From contig NC_043001.1 of the NCBI RefSeq assembly GCF_006345805.1, positions 1,984,001-2,048,000 of the forward strand: a stretch of 64,000 nucleotides of DNA, read 5' to 3'. Below are positions 38,401 to 53,412 of the stretch, one piece after another. The notes under the pieces are model-generated. The model ran no database searches. It worked only from the letters and a program-made list of their open reading frames with translations, and had not been told where the DNA came from. Both the position numbers and the translations under genes were made by a program. Position 1 is the first letter of the stretch. Each line of letters starts with the position of its first letter. The stretch is from Octopus sinensis. Lineage: Eukaryota.

Positions 38401-39344
38401 TCACCAGCTCCTGCAGGGTCACCAAGTAGCTTGCATGGCAAAGACCTCTCCGCTAATAAAGGGAGAGGAAGTGAAAGAAGTGGCCCTGAACCAGACAAAA
38501 TATTGTGGAGTATTATAGAGGGACAGGGTCAACGGTTTTACTACTGTGGAGCTACATGGCTACTTTAGTAGGACACAGAAAGAGAGGGAGGTGGGAGAGA
38601 GTTAGAGAGACAGATAGATACAATTCAGCATGAGAGAGAAAGAGAGAGAGAGAGATGGGGGGGGGCTACCCACAGCAAACAGTGAGGAAGTATATGTAGA
38701 GGGGGAAAGAAGGAGATGTTGTATAATATTGTGAGAGAAGATAATTAGAGATAGCAAATTATGGTGAGAGGAATTGGAGTGGATGAAAGGTGGGTAGATA
38801 TGTAAAGACCTGATGAGTCTGTGGATTGGCAGGTGAAGGAGATTGGAGAGGCTTGCAGTGGGTGGTGGGGAGATGTGTTGTGGGGGAGTTTTGTCAAAGA
38901 ACAGAATTGTGTATGTGTGTGTGTGTGTGTGTGATGGGACGGCAGGTATGGCCGTAAATGGCATACCTGTATGTTTGACTGGCTGTAGTTTTTATTTAGC
39001 TTAACCTGTCTTCTAAAACACAGCAAATTGCCAGAAGTCTCAGTCTCTTGTCATCTTCTTTGTAAGGGTCAACGTCTGAAGATCATTTCTCACCACTTCA
39101 TCCCATGTCTTCCAGGGTCTACATCTTCCACTGGTTCCTCTCTCAGGTCAAGGGGCCTTATCTTACAAGTTACTTGATGACCTTGCCATTGCTGGGAACA
39201 TGTAAAAAGCATCTTGTACTCTCTGTAAGTGGCTGGCATTAGGAGGGGCACCCAGCACTAGAAACCATTTCAAAGCTGGTAGTAGAACTTGGTGTCGTGC
39301 TCTGGTTCACCAGCTTCTATCAAACCAAAGAGCATGTTTTAAAG

Positions 39345-39650
39345 AGCTAAGAGAAACCATGTGGAGAGCAGCTGATTTGCGATTGAAGGATCATGGGTTC
39401 GAATCTCAGACCAGGCAATGTTTGTGCTTATGAGCAAACCACCAAAGCTCTACGTGGCTGTGGCTGAAGGTAATGGGAAACTTCTGCTGACTCTTTCACC
39501 ACAACTTACTCTCACTCTTTCTTCCTGCATGCTGCAGCCCACCTGCAATGGGCTGGTGTCCCATCCAGGTGGAGAACCTCTACACCAATGAAACTGGCAA
39601 ACTGGCCCTTATGAGCCAGGCATGGCTCGCAAAGTAACAAACAACAACAA
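39345..39650 (+). mobile_element. SINE family D, degenerate
   Basis: GGGTTCGAATCTCAGACC (B box); body and tail match 39988-40297. Confidence 0.75.
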
Positions 39651-39987
39651 GATCATGTAATATGTGCACAATTGAGAGCTTTGCTATTTTGTTCGGAAAG
39701 AAAATGTTTCTTTTTGTTAAAAGTGTGCGAAACTAATACTTTTACAAAGCAAGACAACACCAACATAGATAAATATTATTTGCTCAATTGAATATCTAAC
39801 CAATACTTTTGGCCTGAAATCTACCTTTTAACTTCAATCTTTTAAAGACATAGTTAAAGATATACTCCAACTATATCTAGTAATTTAAGCTTTAAACTAT
39901 TTTAGCCAATCGTTAATTATTTAACTTTTACTTCATGTCATCCATCAGTGTCAGTGCCCTCTCAAATCTATCATGCCCCCACTCACT

Positions 39988-40297
39988 TTTTTTTTTGCGC
40001 CCTTTTCAAGCCTAGCCAGGCTCATGGGCCCGGTTTCCTGTTTTCTATGGCGTATGTGTTCCCCCCAGCTGGACAGGATGCCAGTCCATCACAGCGTTAC
40101 TCAAGAAACAGGAAGAAAGAGTGAGAGAAAGTTGTGGAAAAAGAGTACAACAGGGGTCGCCACCCCGCCTGCCGGAGCCTCGTGGAGCTTTAGGTGTTTT
40201 CGCTCAATAAACATACACAACACCCGGTCTGGGAATCGAAACTGCAATCCTCCGACTGCCAGTCCACTGCCCTAACCACTGGGCTATTGCGCCTCCA
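39988..40297 (-). mobile_element. SINE family D, full length with poly(A) tail and 12-bp TSD
   Basis: TSD CCCCCACTCACT at 39976-39987 and 40298-40309; A box TAGCCCAGTGG, B box GTTTCGATTCC; T-run on plus = poly(A) tail. Confidence 0.95.
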
Positions 40298-42189
40298 CCC
40301 CCACTCACTATAGCCATCCTTATATACTCATTCTCCCTACTTTCTCATCTATCTTCCTTCCCAAATCACTTCTATCTCTCTCACCTGACATTTCTGGCAT
40401 TTCCCATCACTCTCTACATTCATCTCTACTACCTTATGTCTAACCCCTATCACACTCTTCTGGAAATACACCCTTTCCTTCTTCCCCAACACACCCTGTA
40501 CCAGCATGGAAAACAGCAGTTAAATGCTGCTGTTGCTGATGATGATGACTTCCTGTAAACGTGGGCTTCAGATACAAGTACCCTCTTGTTTCATATGACC
40601 CCTCATTAAACCATTTCAACGATATCCTGTATTTACTGAGTAAGAAAATGTTTTGATCTGAAGTCTACCCTTTTATTTCGTCCATAATGACATTCACTAA
40701 TTTATTCCTACAATGTTTCCAGTTACTAATTGTAACCCACTTTTGGCGAACATTAATTAATTTCATTTGATTTCCCAGAACATCCTCCTTTTCTTTTAAT
40801 GAGACATTTCAACATGGCTTTCGAATACACCTGAAATTTATCTTGTAAAATCTTTCATGTTTTGTAACTTTTTACTCTTTTCAATCATTAATCTCTCTCT
40901 CAAATCATTAATCTCTCATCTAAAATTTCTACTTCATACTTTTCTAATTTATACTTTAACCCCTTAAACCTTTTACCTATTACTTCTCTCCTAAACTCTT
41001 AATTTACATACACATCAATTAGAACTGGAATGCAATTATCTTACTTTTGCCTTTCACTATTTTCAGAATCTTTGCTCTGAAATTACTCTCTGATTCATTC
41101 TGATAACCTTGGAAACATTTTTAAAAAAAAGATCATCCTTCAAATGGGAATGTAATTCGCTTCTTCTATTTTCCCCCCCTCTTTTCTGGACCCCACTCCC
41201 ACATATTTAACAATAATTTGACTTCTCAATCTCATTATTGTCTTTTCGTTTATTTTACCAATTTTGTTATTTTTATTGTTTAAGATTTCTATGGTCACTT
41301 AATTACTCTGTCAGTCTTTTTTCCAACCTAAGCATAAATTTATTTTAAAAATTTATATTTATTTCCACAACGTTCCTCTCAGCCACATTTAAATGTTTAT
41401 CTCATATTTTTACACAGTATTAATTTCTTCTCTTTATCAAACTAATCTAACTATAAATATTCATAAATCTAAATATGTTTTATCTTAGTTGACCTTCTTA
41501 ACTATTCCACATTAGTTTACCATATCATCTTAAATACTCCAATACTTTTATTTTGATTTATAAGATATTAATTCACCTTTAACTATAACTAAAAATAGTC
41601 TTGAAATATTAAAACCTTATTCTTCTTTTACACATAACTGTAACATCCACAACAGATTTAGAAAAAATTCCTGTGCTGCATAAAGTGCTTTTTACTGTTT
41701 TCAGACTTTTCAGACACAGGTTATAAGATAATCCATAAAGAAGTAGTTGTTTTTAGTAGTAATAATGATTATTTCAGGATTAATTTCACATTTAGAGTTC
41801 TTATAAAGTATTCACTTTTTGTCATCTAATAAACATCTAGACATTTGTGCAAATGGAAGACTCAAAATATTCCAATATTTAAAAATAAACAAAATGGTCA
41901 GCTATGAAAAGTTGACCATTTTCTGTATTTTTAAAACTTGGAATATTTCCAGTTTTCCGTTTGCACGAACGTCTAGATGTTTATTAGATGACACATATCT
42001 AAGAGGTAAATCTTTAATTTGGAGCTTATGTACCCTAACCCAATCAATCTATTAAATTCGATCCTCTTTGTCCAATATAATTATTATTGCAGTATGGACT
42101 TGTGATAAAATAACTGAAATTTTTTGTCTTGCAATCCGCATGTGTATCACCCACCAATTCTGAGCCATTCTTGAATGTTTTAGTTTTGC

Positions 42190-42585
42190 CCTCTTTTACT
42201 CTTTTACTTGTTTCAGTCATTTGACTGCGGCCATGCTGGAGCACCGCCTTTAGTCGAGCATATCGACCCCAGGACTTATTCTTTGTAAGCCCAGTACTTA
42301 TTCTATCGGTCTCTTTTGCCAAACCGCTAAGTGACGGGGACGTAAACACACCAGCATCGGTTGTCAAGCAATGCTAGGGGGACAAACACAGACACACAAA
42401 CACATACATATATATATACATACATACGACAGGCTTCTTTCAGTTTCCGTCTACCAAATCCACTCACAAGGCATTGGTCGGCCCGGGGCTATAGCAGAAG
42501 ACACTTGCCCAAGATTCCACGCAGTGGGACTGAACCCGGAAACATGTGGCTGGTTAGCAAGCTACTTACCACACAGCCACTCCTA
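42190..42585 (-). mobile_element. SINE family B, full length and little diverged
   Basis: Reverse complement from AGGAGTGGCTGTGTGGTAAG to AAAAGAGTAAAAGAG. Confidence 0.95.
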
Positions 42586-43172
42586 TTCACATATCCCATA
42601 ATGAAAGTCTCTACATTTTATTAATCATGGTATTTTCTTTCTGGCATTGTGGATTTTGCTTTTGTTAAGAGACTTTTATGATTAGGTGACAGTTTTTAGC
42701 TGTTAATAATTTGTGGTTCTTTAATTGTTTTTGAGATTTGATAATTGGTGCAGAATTGGAAAGTATCACTTGTTTGAACGGAAGATGGTTTACGACTTTA
42801 CGGGTGACTATAAGCGGAATGTTTTGGTTTATGTCCTCATCCTCAATGGAATGGTTTCTTTGCAAGTACACACACACACACACACACACACACGTATGAC
42901 TGGATTCAACACAGTTTCCATTTACCTAAGTCTATGGTAGAAAATGCTTGTCCAAGGTGCCCCACAGTGGGATTAATACAAGAAACCACGTTTGACATGT
43001 GAAACCATTGGAATAAAATATTGTACTTGTAAAGAAGTAGGGGTGGGCATTAGGAAGAGCATCCGGCCATAGAATACTTTCTCCAGAAGTTTCATTCAAT
43101 AAATGCAAGCATGGAGAAATGCTCTTGTTGAGGGATAAATGATACTTGTGCAAAAATATATAACATATATGC

Positions 43173-43226
<54 letters not shown>

Positions 43227-44184
43227 TATACATATGTGTGTGTGTGTGTGTGCACATACATACATATTTATAGGTACATAGGTACATGTAAATTTATAAT
43301 TAATATGTATGTGTGTGTGTGTGTCTATAACAGCTATCACTAAATTTATGGTCATATTTCCTGTTGTAAGCTTGTTTTATACTCATGTAAAATAAAATAA
43401 AATGACTGTAATTCACCTTCTTTGTTTTCCTTCCTCTACCCATCCCTCACATATACACCCTCTCTTTCTCACATTCATACTACATGCAATTTCTGTAACA
43501 CACACACACATAGACATATACACATGCTCTCTCTCTCTCTCTCTCTCTCTAACAAGTTATCTCTATTTGGCAATGAAGAAAGAGAAAAAACCCTCAACTG
43601 CAAACTATTAGCATATAATATTATAATATTGCCATAAATTCTGTTGTAAGAGAACATGGAATGGAGGAGAGAAAAAAATAGAAAAAAAGAAAAGAAGAAA
43701 ATGTAAAAAAAAAGCAAAAAAGAAATTATCAAGTCAGACAAGGAACAAAACAATAAAAAGAAAAGAAAATGAAAGAAAAAATAAGAATAAAAAGCAAACA
43801 AGAAACCCGAGTGTAGTGGTCTATATTCATTTGACTGCGATATGCTTATTGATATTCATGGAAGATATACATGAATGAGGTTACGTTGTGTATGATGGAT
43901 GGCAACAACTTGTCACATTCAACATATTAGAAACGATCTGCTATTTTCAGAATTTGCCAACAAACCGAAAAAAAATAAATAAATAAAATTAAAAATTAAT
44001 ACATCCAACAAGTAAAAATAAAAATTTGAAAGCACTCCCCTGCCACCTTCTGTCATCTTTATCCTTTGGAAGACATAGCCAGGGAAACTGATACTATTTT
44101 ATTTATTTATTGGATTTTACTCCTGGTTGAAAAAAATATCTACACACACATACATGCACACGTGCTTGTGTGTTCATAATACAA

Positions 44185-44390
44185 TCATCATCATCATCAT
44201 CATCAACATTCAACATTTAACAACTGTTCTCCATGCTGCATCGGTTGGAGAGTTTGACAAAAGCTGGCAAGGCCAGGGGCCACACCATGTTCCATGGTCT
44301 ATTTTGGCTGGGTTTCTACAACTGGATGCCCTTCCTAATGTCAACTACTTCACAGAGTGCACTGGGTGCTTTTCATGCAGCACCAACATC
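44185..44390 (-). mobile_element. RTE 3' end fragment
   Basis: (CAT)n then CCATGCTGCATCGGTTGG...GGATGCCCTTCCTAATG. Confidence 0.7.
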
Positions 44391-44461
44391 AGCAATCAAT
44401 TCTGCTATGGTGGCCAGGTGTTCTTGAGCACAGCAAGGTACCAAATATTTTGATCCATGAA

Positions 44462-44660
44462 AGGTGAGCTGGCAGAATCGTTAGCATGGCAGGAAAAACG
44501 TTTAGCAGCATTTTCTTTGTCTTTGTGTTCAAATTCCACTGAGGGCAACTTTGCCTTTCTTTCTTTTAGGGCTGATAAAATAAGTATCATTTGAGCAGTG
44601 GGGTCATGGGGTCAATATAAGTGACTTTCCCTCTCCCTTGTGCCAAAATTTGAAACCTCT
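44462..44660 (+). mobile_element. SINE family A, degenerate
   Basis: GGTGAGCTGGCAGAATCGTTAGC...GTTCAAATTCC. Confidence 0.8.
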
Positions 44661-45633
44661 GTACACACACACACGTACACACACACACACACAATATGCA
44701 GTACTGTAACATGGCCTTAGTTATGATGGGTAAAACAAATGGTTTAGGTGTTCAGCTCATGATCCTAAGGTTGTTGGTTCAATTCTGGGACCGAGCAGCA
44801 CATTGTGACCCTGAGTAAAACATTTCATTTAATGTTACTTCAGCCTACTCAGCTGTTACTGAGAACCAGCCAAGTGCTGGTTGTTCCCCTCCCCTTCCAG
44901 CTCTCACATCCTTCATATCTCACCCTCTTCTCCAAATCTCATGCAGGTGTATCAAGAGACTATTCAAGTCTGCTTGCACCTGAAACAACTACCAAATGCA
45001 TCGTACATACTGCTTTGTCGTACCCAGAGGCATTGGAAATAATGTGTCATATTTATGAGCTTTGTTTTACCAAAATAGTAGCCATTCTAACAAGACTGGC
45101 ATCAACATAGAAGTTGTTTGATGCTAAAGCACGATGACATTGTTTTACATTGTTTTAAGTCCTGCAAAAAATTCCACTTATTTACCATTCCTATGAAATC
45201 CCACCCCCTTTTATTCTTTTTTGTTTTATCTCTCAGTTTCCCTTGTATATCAATCTTTGTGTTTAAGTGTCACGTGAAATGATCAAGAACATTAAACAAA
45301 AGCTTCCTAATTCACTTGGTGCTATCAGACATATTATGCGAAGGACATAACTTTTCCAATCGGCCCCCAACTGTGATGCATTTCATACTTCTATGCTAGG
45401 AATGCTTGTCTGCTGTTAACTTTGGTAGGACCTTAATTTTTTGTTGTTTCTTTGCCAATGACATTAACGTAGATAAGTGGCTTCCACATCTAAACAGGAT
45501 GTGAAAGACTCCAGCATATTACATGCAACACAGTGTAGTATTCAGGACAAGGGCAGAAGCCAGCAAAGAGTTCTCTTACTTTCTCTATCAGTTTAACTCC
45601 CTGATTTGGAACCCAGGAACCAAAACATCATGT

Positions 45634-46463
45634 CTAGCTTCTACCTTGAATACATTTCTTGTGATTCAAAGCAAGGCCAATATTGCATAATATTGCTAAG
45701 CATTGATTTAATATCATGTCATGCTCTTCTTCTGACCTGCTGTACACTAAAACATTATTTGCAATATTACTAAAATTAAATTCAAATCTGAAAAAAATCT
45801 GCCAACATATTCCTGACATTTTGAATCTTTTTCTTTTTTGTTACCAGATTTCTATTGAAATACACTTCTTTCGGTTCATTTTGAAAGAAATAAAGAATTT
45901 AGTAAAATCACTTTGTCGTTATTAATCTGGTGTTTGGAACAGAAATTAGCAGGAACTTTTGACAAGCTTTTGATTTAGATCCCTTTTAAAATAGTACCTT
46001 TGCATCATAACCCAAAGGTTGTCTGGGGAAGATTAGGGTTGACAGGGTTAGATGCTGAGGATATTCCAAGAACCAAATAGTTGAGTTGATATCATTTGCT
46101 GGAAGAACCAAGTGTTACAGAATCTGATGTTGGATCGAAATGGTGGCAGGTTATATTAAAATGCAGTTTTGAAATCTATTTCTATTAAGTTGTCAAGAAT
46201 AGATTTTCATTATTAACTACTTTGGCTAACAGTAGTTGCATTTTTCCTTCATAAGACCACACACAAACCACCCAACCACCGTTCTTTGGTGCAGTAAGCC
46301 ATGGTGAAACCCATACAATGGGTCCACCAAGTTGCTCCCTTCAGCAAGAGATAAATGTCGCCTCCTCCTTCCCCCTTCTTCTTCTTCTTCTTCTTCTTCT
46401 TCTTCTTCTTCTTCTTCTTCTTCTTCTTCTTCTTCTTCTTCTTCTTCTTCTTCTTCTTCTTCT

Positions 46464-46495
<32 letters not shown>

Positions 46496-46975
46496 TCCTT
46501 CTTTACACTCAGACAATATTCACTTCATTGGTTCTGCTACCAGTTTTATATATATTACGGTTGATTTTAAGTCTTTCACCTTACCAATATCTTTGAATAC
46601 TTCAGGGAATAGTTTAGCAATGGAACCATCTCCTGCCATTCTGAGATTATTAATGTAGTTTATTTTAATCAAGATGAGCGAAGAAGCTGTCTCCCGATCC
46701 AATAAACAACTGCCAGTTATAGATTCAGTAAGAAATATCTCATCAATATGGGGAATCGAACCAATTTTAAGTATGACCTTAGTGGCCCCTTAGTAAAGAA
46801 AGGGCTGTAGGTCAGCCATAGATAAATATCTTTGGTTCTGCTTCATTGACTAATTGTCTCAGGCCATAATAATACCTACCTTGATTTTATTAAATGTTGC
46901 TTTATCAATTAAATTACATGATGTTCTAGGATCAATAAGGAATTGTGGGGTGACTCCATCAATCTTTGTTCATTG
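45634..46975 (-). mobile_element. Ty3/Gypsy pol relic (protease and RT), interrupted by a (TTC)n/(TTTC)n tract at 46375-46500 and a MITE-like piece
   Basis: Minus strand KIDGVTPQFLIDPRTSCNLIDK (protease, ~46900-46965), FPEVFKDIGKVKD, GPIVWVSPW...PK, NIANNVLVYSRSEEEHDMILNQCLAIL..IGLALNHKKC (RT). Confidence 0.75.
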
Positions 46976-49900
46976 TTGTTGTTGTTTTAGATGATCACCA
47001 CTTCCCCACTCCCCAGTCTAAGATAAAAATTTGTTGTCCATGACTGATATTGTTTTATTCTTTCCTTGTAATTTACAAAAGTAATTACTCTCCCTGTTGG
47101 TGTGGGCAGGAAAGTTACTCAGATTAAAAAATAAACTGTCGTTTACCATATGTATATCATCCACTTCCTCCTCCTCCTCCTCATCATCATCATCATCATC
47201 ACCACCACCACCACCACCACCATCATCATCATCATTATCATCATCATCGTCATCCATGCACTTTTCTGTGCTTAGAACAATTCAAATAGATTTTGTTGAG
47301 GTGGTTTGTCCCAGGCTGGATGCCCTTCCTGTTGCCAACTCTCTGTCTGTTTCCAAGTAGGGGAATATTTCCCCATGGCCAGATATATTTTCATGGCAGC
47401 TCAGAAGAACTGACACTGCTTGTATGAATGTGACATTCATTTTCTACTATCAGGTGATGCCAAAACAAGAACGCACGCACTCACTCACACACACACACAC
47501 ACATGTACACACCACACACACAATGAGCTTCTTTTGGTTATTGTCTTCTAAATCCATTCACAAGGCTTTGGTTGGCAGAAGTTCTTGCAGAAGACATGCT
47601 CAAGGTGCCATGCAGTGGGACCAAACATGAAGCATTGTGGTCTGGAAGCAAGCTTTTTAATCCCACAACCAGGCTGGTACCATTCATTGTACTGCTTTAT
47701 CTACAGGTGCAATTAAACAAAGAATTCTTTGCAACAGTGTTGCAGTAAATGTGAACTTGATGTTAGACAAGATGATAAAAACAATTTTAAATGCCAACAA
47801 ACTGTTTCCATCTCTTTTCATTCTTTGAAAAGTTTTGAAAATATTTTGATGATTTGGAACCTATTAAATGATAAAATTTTGAACTGGTTTGTTGAATTGT
47901 TAACTTAGAAAACAAGGTTATTTTATTAAATGAAACAGGGCCTTTGGTTGCTGTTTGTGATGCACCCCCAAGTGGAATGGTGCAGTTCTCAGACATGGAT
48001 TGTGAAATCAATATGAAGAACCAATCAGAATAATGCAAATCTTTTGGCAATTGATAATCAATTACTCCTAATTTCTCCTTTTTGTATTCGTATTTAGTTC
48101 CACAGTTATCTCTGGTTTGAGACAATGGAATTCTGTCAATTCCAAAGTTACTAATCTAATCCATAAATGGTAAACGATCTCAGTTTGAGTTATGTTGAAA
48201 TCATTTTTATCCATGAGCAAAAAAACAAATTTTGATAAATTTCTGCTCAGGCTTACCTATATTTTCTGGTTCTATCAACAGACACACCTCTTCCAATATT
48301 GCATTCAAAATCTGTTGTTTATTGACTTTCAAAGAAATTTTAATGGATATTCTTCCTTATATTTATTGAAATTAATGTAATATTTCTCAAAACCAGATAT
48401 TTGCCCAGTTTCTCTCTCTTTTAGAATTTTTTGTGAGTTTCCTAATATAATTTGCCCTTATTTTCTTTTAATGGGAATTTGCAATACTTGCAAAAGGGAC
48501 CTTTTTTATGGCCCAAAATTGCATTCTTGATATTTTTTACCTTAGATAATTCTTACAAGCATAATTTTTGGTTTTGCTTTTGCATTAAATTTTGTTTTTA
48601 ATTCCTGTTTAGTTTCTTATTCTTTCTTTACAAAATTTCAAAACACTAAATTCTTCTGTCCTTGATTTTTCTCCCACTAAATACCAAAAATTTCAATGAC
48701 CCTATCTCGACTGCCATAATAATTTCCATTGTTTTTTCTAAAACTGATTCTCTTTTGTTTAGAATTACACGTTGCTCATTTTCCAACCCTGTACTCATGA
48801 TCAATCTTTCTCTAATCTGTCGCTAATCTGCCGCTAATCTTATAATCTATATTCTTCTAAAGTCACAGTCAACCAATTTTTCTTTCTACCACAAAACTAG
48901 CATTACTTATTCCATTCTTTTGAATTAACTATAAAAATTTTATCTCAATATCACAGCATTCCTACCCCAATCAAAATGTGTCATCAATTTTCCCATGAAT
49001 TGAAAAAATATATTCACCTTTAGGCATCATCAAAGAACTGGAAAATTCAAACATTTTGTCATCAGTTCTATTAATAAAAAATAAAATAATTTTATCTTTT
49101 CATTGGAAATTGTGTTTAGATTAGAATAAGCTTCCATTGAAATCACAAAAATCTTCCTGACAATCCTTCCAGGGCAAAATATATAAAACTTACCTTTCTT
49201 CATAAAGTAACCTAAACATATTTGACCAGACATTTCTTCCATCATTGGAATATCACAATAAAATTCTTTGAAGATATTTAAAAATAATTTTATCATTACT
49301 TTTTTGAAGACAAATCTCATCTGCTTCACCATTTTTGTTGTTGTCACAGAATACAAATGCAAGAAAAACCAAAAATATATTCTACAATAACTGTCGGAAG
49401 GAAGAAATGATGATGAGAATGAAGGAATAAGCTCACTCATTTGATGACATCACTTTCAATGAGTTTATGAAAATAAAAATACTGCTCGTGTGCGCGCATG
49501 TGTGTGTGTGTGTGTGTGGTGTGTGTGTGTGTGTGTGTGATCATCAGGTGCACAAACAGTAAAAATGATGCAGTATGCAAATGATCTTCTTCCACTGATG
49601 GACATTTGGTGCAATCACTTAGCACCGTTGCAACTAGTGCTCATTAGAGTAACAATTATTCCATTATATTCAGGTAAGACGGTCTTGATTGCTTTCTCTT
49701 TGTCCTGGCTAAAACTGATCAAAAACCTCTTTTATACTCAATCTTTTGTGCAGAGCAGCAGTTGTTTGGTCATCAGAAATATTGTTTTCCTTTGTTTCAA
49801 GTTCGTTATATTTTTGATTGAATCAATAATCACCAAATATAATTGGTCATTAAAAAAAGATGCCAATATGGCACTTTTCTAGGAGATTTTCTTGAATTTT

Positions 49901-50753
49901 TGTTTGCAATCCAGCAATGACATCATTCATAGCATTTACACAACTCTCGGAATTATTGTAGAAAGTCTTATACTAAGTGTTATTAATTCTTTGGTTTTTT
50001 TCTTTTTTGTTGGATATGTGGCATACAACTGATCCTATAAAACATGCGGAATCTCACTGGACATATGGAAACTGTGACACATCAGGTATGAAACTAAATG
50101 CAGAGCCATCTTTTACATAATCGATAGTAATGGAAATGTTCTCAGTCTTTCTTTTGTCTCTGGTTCCATTTTAAGCTGTGCAAAATACCAAAAACTTGCT
50201 CATTTTGCATCTGTTGCTACACAATCTTTAACCATTGTTCTTAACCATTGTCAGTCATCAAAATTTCAGATTCCTGGAGAACAGTATGAAGTTTTATCAA
50301 AATGTTTTGTTCCTTTTTTCCTGTGGAAAGAGACCCTGCTCTTTTCTCACAATACCATCATAATTTCCTTAAAAGGACAATTCATTTGATACACAATTGT
50401 TGTAAAATAGTATCCTTCTTTTTCAAGACTGGTTTTTACTAAGAATGAGGATATCTGCAGATAAGAAGAACTCTGATTCACATTTTCTCTTCACATACAT
50501 ATGGCTACTGTATGGCTTCAATTTATTTCATGCGGTGAAAAGTGTTGATTGTAATATGACTACAACTTGGTTCATATTGTGGGGAAAATGTCTACAATAT
50601 ATCTAGATCTTGGTTCAGTCTGTAGAGATGTCAGACTTCGTTTCATCATCTGGAACGATATGGAAGTAATATGTTTCGAGATTCATTCATGCTGTCAGAA
50701 AACACATCTAAAATATAAAGATTAGAAGCACTAAACTGTGATTTATATAACTA

Positions 50754-51495
50754 CAGGGTGGGGCAGAGAGGACTGACGTTTTTGAAATGGCCATTACTCA
50801 GTGGCAGAGAGAGGGACATATGTCTGACAGGTACCATTTGGTCACTGGTGTCTTATTATTTTTTTTCTTTCCAGGTGAAGCCATGGCAATGTGGATGATA
50901 GAGCATTGCATGTTTGCCTACAACAGTTATGTGAAGAATAACGAGTCTGTTACAGCAGTTCAAGATGAGTTTCAGTGCCACTTCAATATTCACCAAAATC
51001 AGACTGCTCCCACCCATAACACAATCTTACATTGGGGGAATACACTTCATACACGAGGTACACTAAGGAATAGGAAACTGGTGGGGCATCATGAATGGTA
51101 CGGACCCCAGAAAATGGGGAATGCATCAGACAAGCTTTGATATGGAGTCCGAATTGCTCTGCTAGGAGACATTCCACTGAACTCGGCATCAGTAATTGAT
51201 CAGTAAGGTGTATTTTGCATGAAGACCTGTATTTCCACCTGTACAAGTTGGTCATTAGACAACAGTTGAAACCATGGGACCATGCACAGTGGCTTAACTT
51301 TGCATGTTAGATGGAAACAATTTTTTAGGCAAATGACAACCTCATTTTGTAAATGAGTGAGGAAGCTCATCTTCATCTCAATGGCTTGGTGAATCAACAG
51401 AACTGTCATTATTGGGCTCTTGAAAATCCAAGAGAATTGCGTGAAAGGCCACTGCGCAGCCCCAAAGTGATGGTCTGGTGTGCTGCCAGAAAAAC
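50754..51495 (+). mobile_element. Tc1/mariner DD41D (rosa/Visitor)-like transposon, 3'-truncated
   Basis: TA followed by TIR-like CAGGGTGG; DUF4817-type HTH (YVKNNESVTAVQDEFQCHF...PTHNTILHW); SEEAHLHLNGLVNQQNCHYWALENP...PKVMVWCA. Confidence 0.75.
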
Positions 51496-51683
51496 TGCCA
51501 TCATTAGTCATTTTGCATACATCTCAAACTTTTCTGAAATGGTAATAAGCACAATAACCTGGAGACTAATTCACCCTGTAGAAAAACATGGCTATCATAT
51601 GCTTGCATTTGCTTTATGCTTTATGGCCATATCTTCAGCTTGCTTCAGGTCATGGCAAAACATGCTTCCAATAAGACTAGTGC

Positions 51684-51823
51684 TTGCTTCATGTTGTAGG
51701 CAGGTATGGCTATAATCTACCTGAGTTTGCTTCATGTTGTAGGCAGGTATGGCTATAATCTACCTGAGTTTGCTTCATGTTGTAGGCAGGTATGGCTATA
51801 ATCTACCTGAGTTTACTTCATGT
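51684..51823. repeat. 43-bp tandem repeat x3.25
   Basis: TTGCTTCATGTTGTAGGCAGGTATGGCTATAATCTACCTGAGT starts at 51684, 51727 and 51770. Confidence 0.95.
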
Positions 51824-53063
51824 GGTGGGACATCTCTATTTAATGAATCTTTTGCATGATTCCAATCAAGGTAACCAATTAATTGCATAAACACTTTCGT
51901 TTGAACATTCACAATTAAAATCTCTTCAAAGAAACAGAAAGTGGCATCTCTAATAATTGAATATTCTAACCATTTTTTGAATGATTATCCAGTTTTTATT
52001 TTTCAGATTGAAAATTGGATAACTAGGTAACTTGTTAATTTTAGATGAAGCAGTGATCCTGAAGCAGTGGTAGAGTCTTTCTTGGAGTATAATTCTGACA
52101 AGAACATTTGTTTAAGTTCGATGGTATTTAATATTACTACAGCAGTAATGGACTTTTAATTTTCTTTTATATTTTGTTACAAATTTATCCATAATCTAAA
52201 TGAATTTAAAGAAATTATTAGTATAAACAGAACAATATTGTTGTTGGTTTTTGTTAAATGATTATAAATTTATATAAATTGGTTGATTTTTGTACAATAA
52301 ATTAAAATTTATGTAAATAAATATTCTTCAATTGAAATGATTTTCATTGTTTTACAAACTTCATTATTTGATCAAAAGAAAGAATAATATTGGTAAATAT
52401 AAGAAGAAAATATGTGCATCCACAAAGATGTCCGTTTCTTTTCTTGAGAGAAATAAATTCAATTATTGATGTTTACTCGTTTATTTTTTCTCTCGTAAAT
52501 TAACAAGTTCATCTTACAAGAAAGATATCTGTATTGTTTTTTTTAAATTGGTTTTTAATGTTAAATGGGAATTACTCCCCCACCCCACCCACACACGTTA
52601 TGAAGTACATTATCACTATTTGAATGTAACAGTGATGTAATTATGAAGACCATTGTTCCTGTTAGTATCAGTGTAATAAGGGTATTACACTAATTTACTA
52701 TTTATATGACATGAATAAGCTGGCAATATTTATTACTGAGACATAGAAAGTCTACGGATTATTATCTTTAATTGAAATTTAAAACAATAGAAATATTAAC
52801 TTCATTAATTTAGCATCAAATTTTTTCCTAGTATCCGGGGGGGGGTGTATGTATGTAGGTGTGTGGTGGGGCTTAATCCCAGTTTGTCCAAATCCAGTCA
52901 TTGAGATCATTAAAAATTAAAAACCATTTTTGTGTCCCAAAGCAAGGCAAGTGTTTTCTTACAAAAGACCACAAGAAATGAGAAACATCGCCTGTATGGT
53001 TTTGATGTTTATTTACAACCATCTTACAATGCCCCATGATGAAGGCACACACACACATGCACA

Positions 53064-53106
<43 letters not shown>

Positions 53107-53412
53107 TGCACATATGTATTTTATAAATGGATGCAGGCATGTCCAAATGGTTAAAGAATTTCCTTTGCAGACATGAGATCTCAAGTTCAATCCAACTGGG
53201 TAACAGCATGAAAAAAGGGTCTTTTATTATAGTCTTGGGTCCCTAAAGCCTTGCAGAGATTGCATTGGAGTAAACTGTGTGGAAGAACCTTAAATAGATT
53301 TTACTGAAAAGGACCAGCCTCATATGATGCTGTGTCGTGAGGATTCTGTCTGAAAATCGCATTAAAGGTAAAAGTGTGTCTGGAATACTCTGCCATTTCC
53401 ACATTAATATAT

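Noticed and set aside
40560-41700. Strand-asymmetric A/G-rich minus tract resembling an old LINE (also 47780-49440)
   Set aside because: No RT or endonuclease motif could be read with confidence; left unannotated.
52090-52150. LFKFDGI*YYYSSNG as a Penelope RT motif
   Set aside because: Too short and not followed by the expected downstream motifs.
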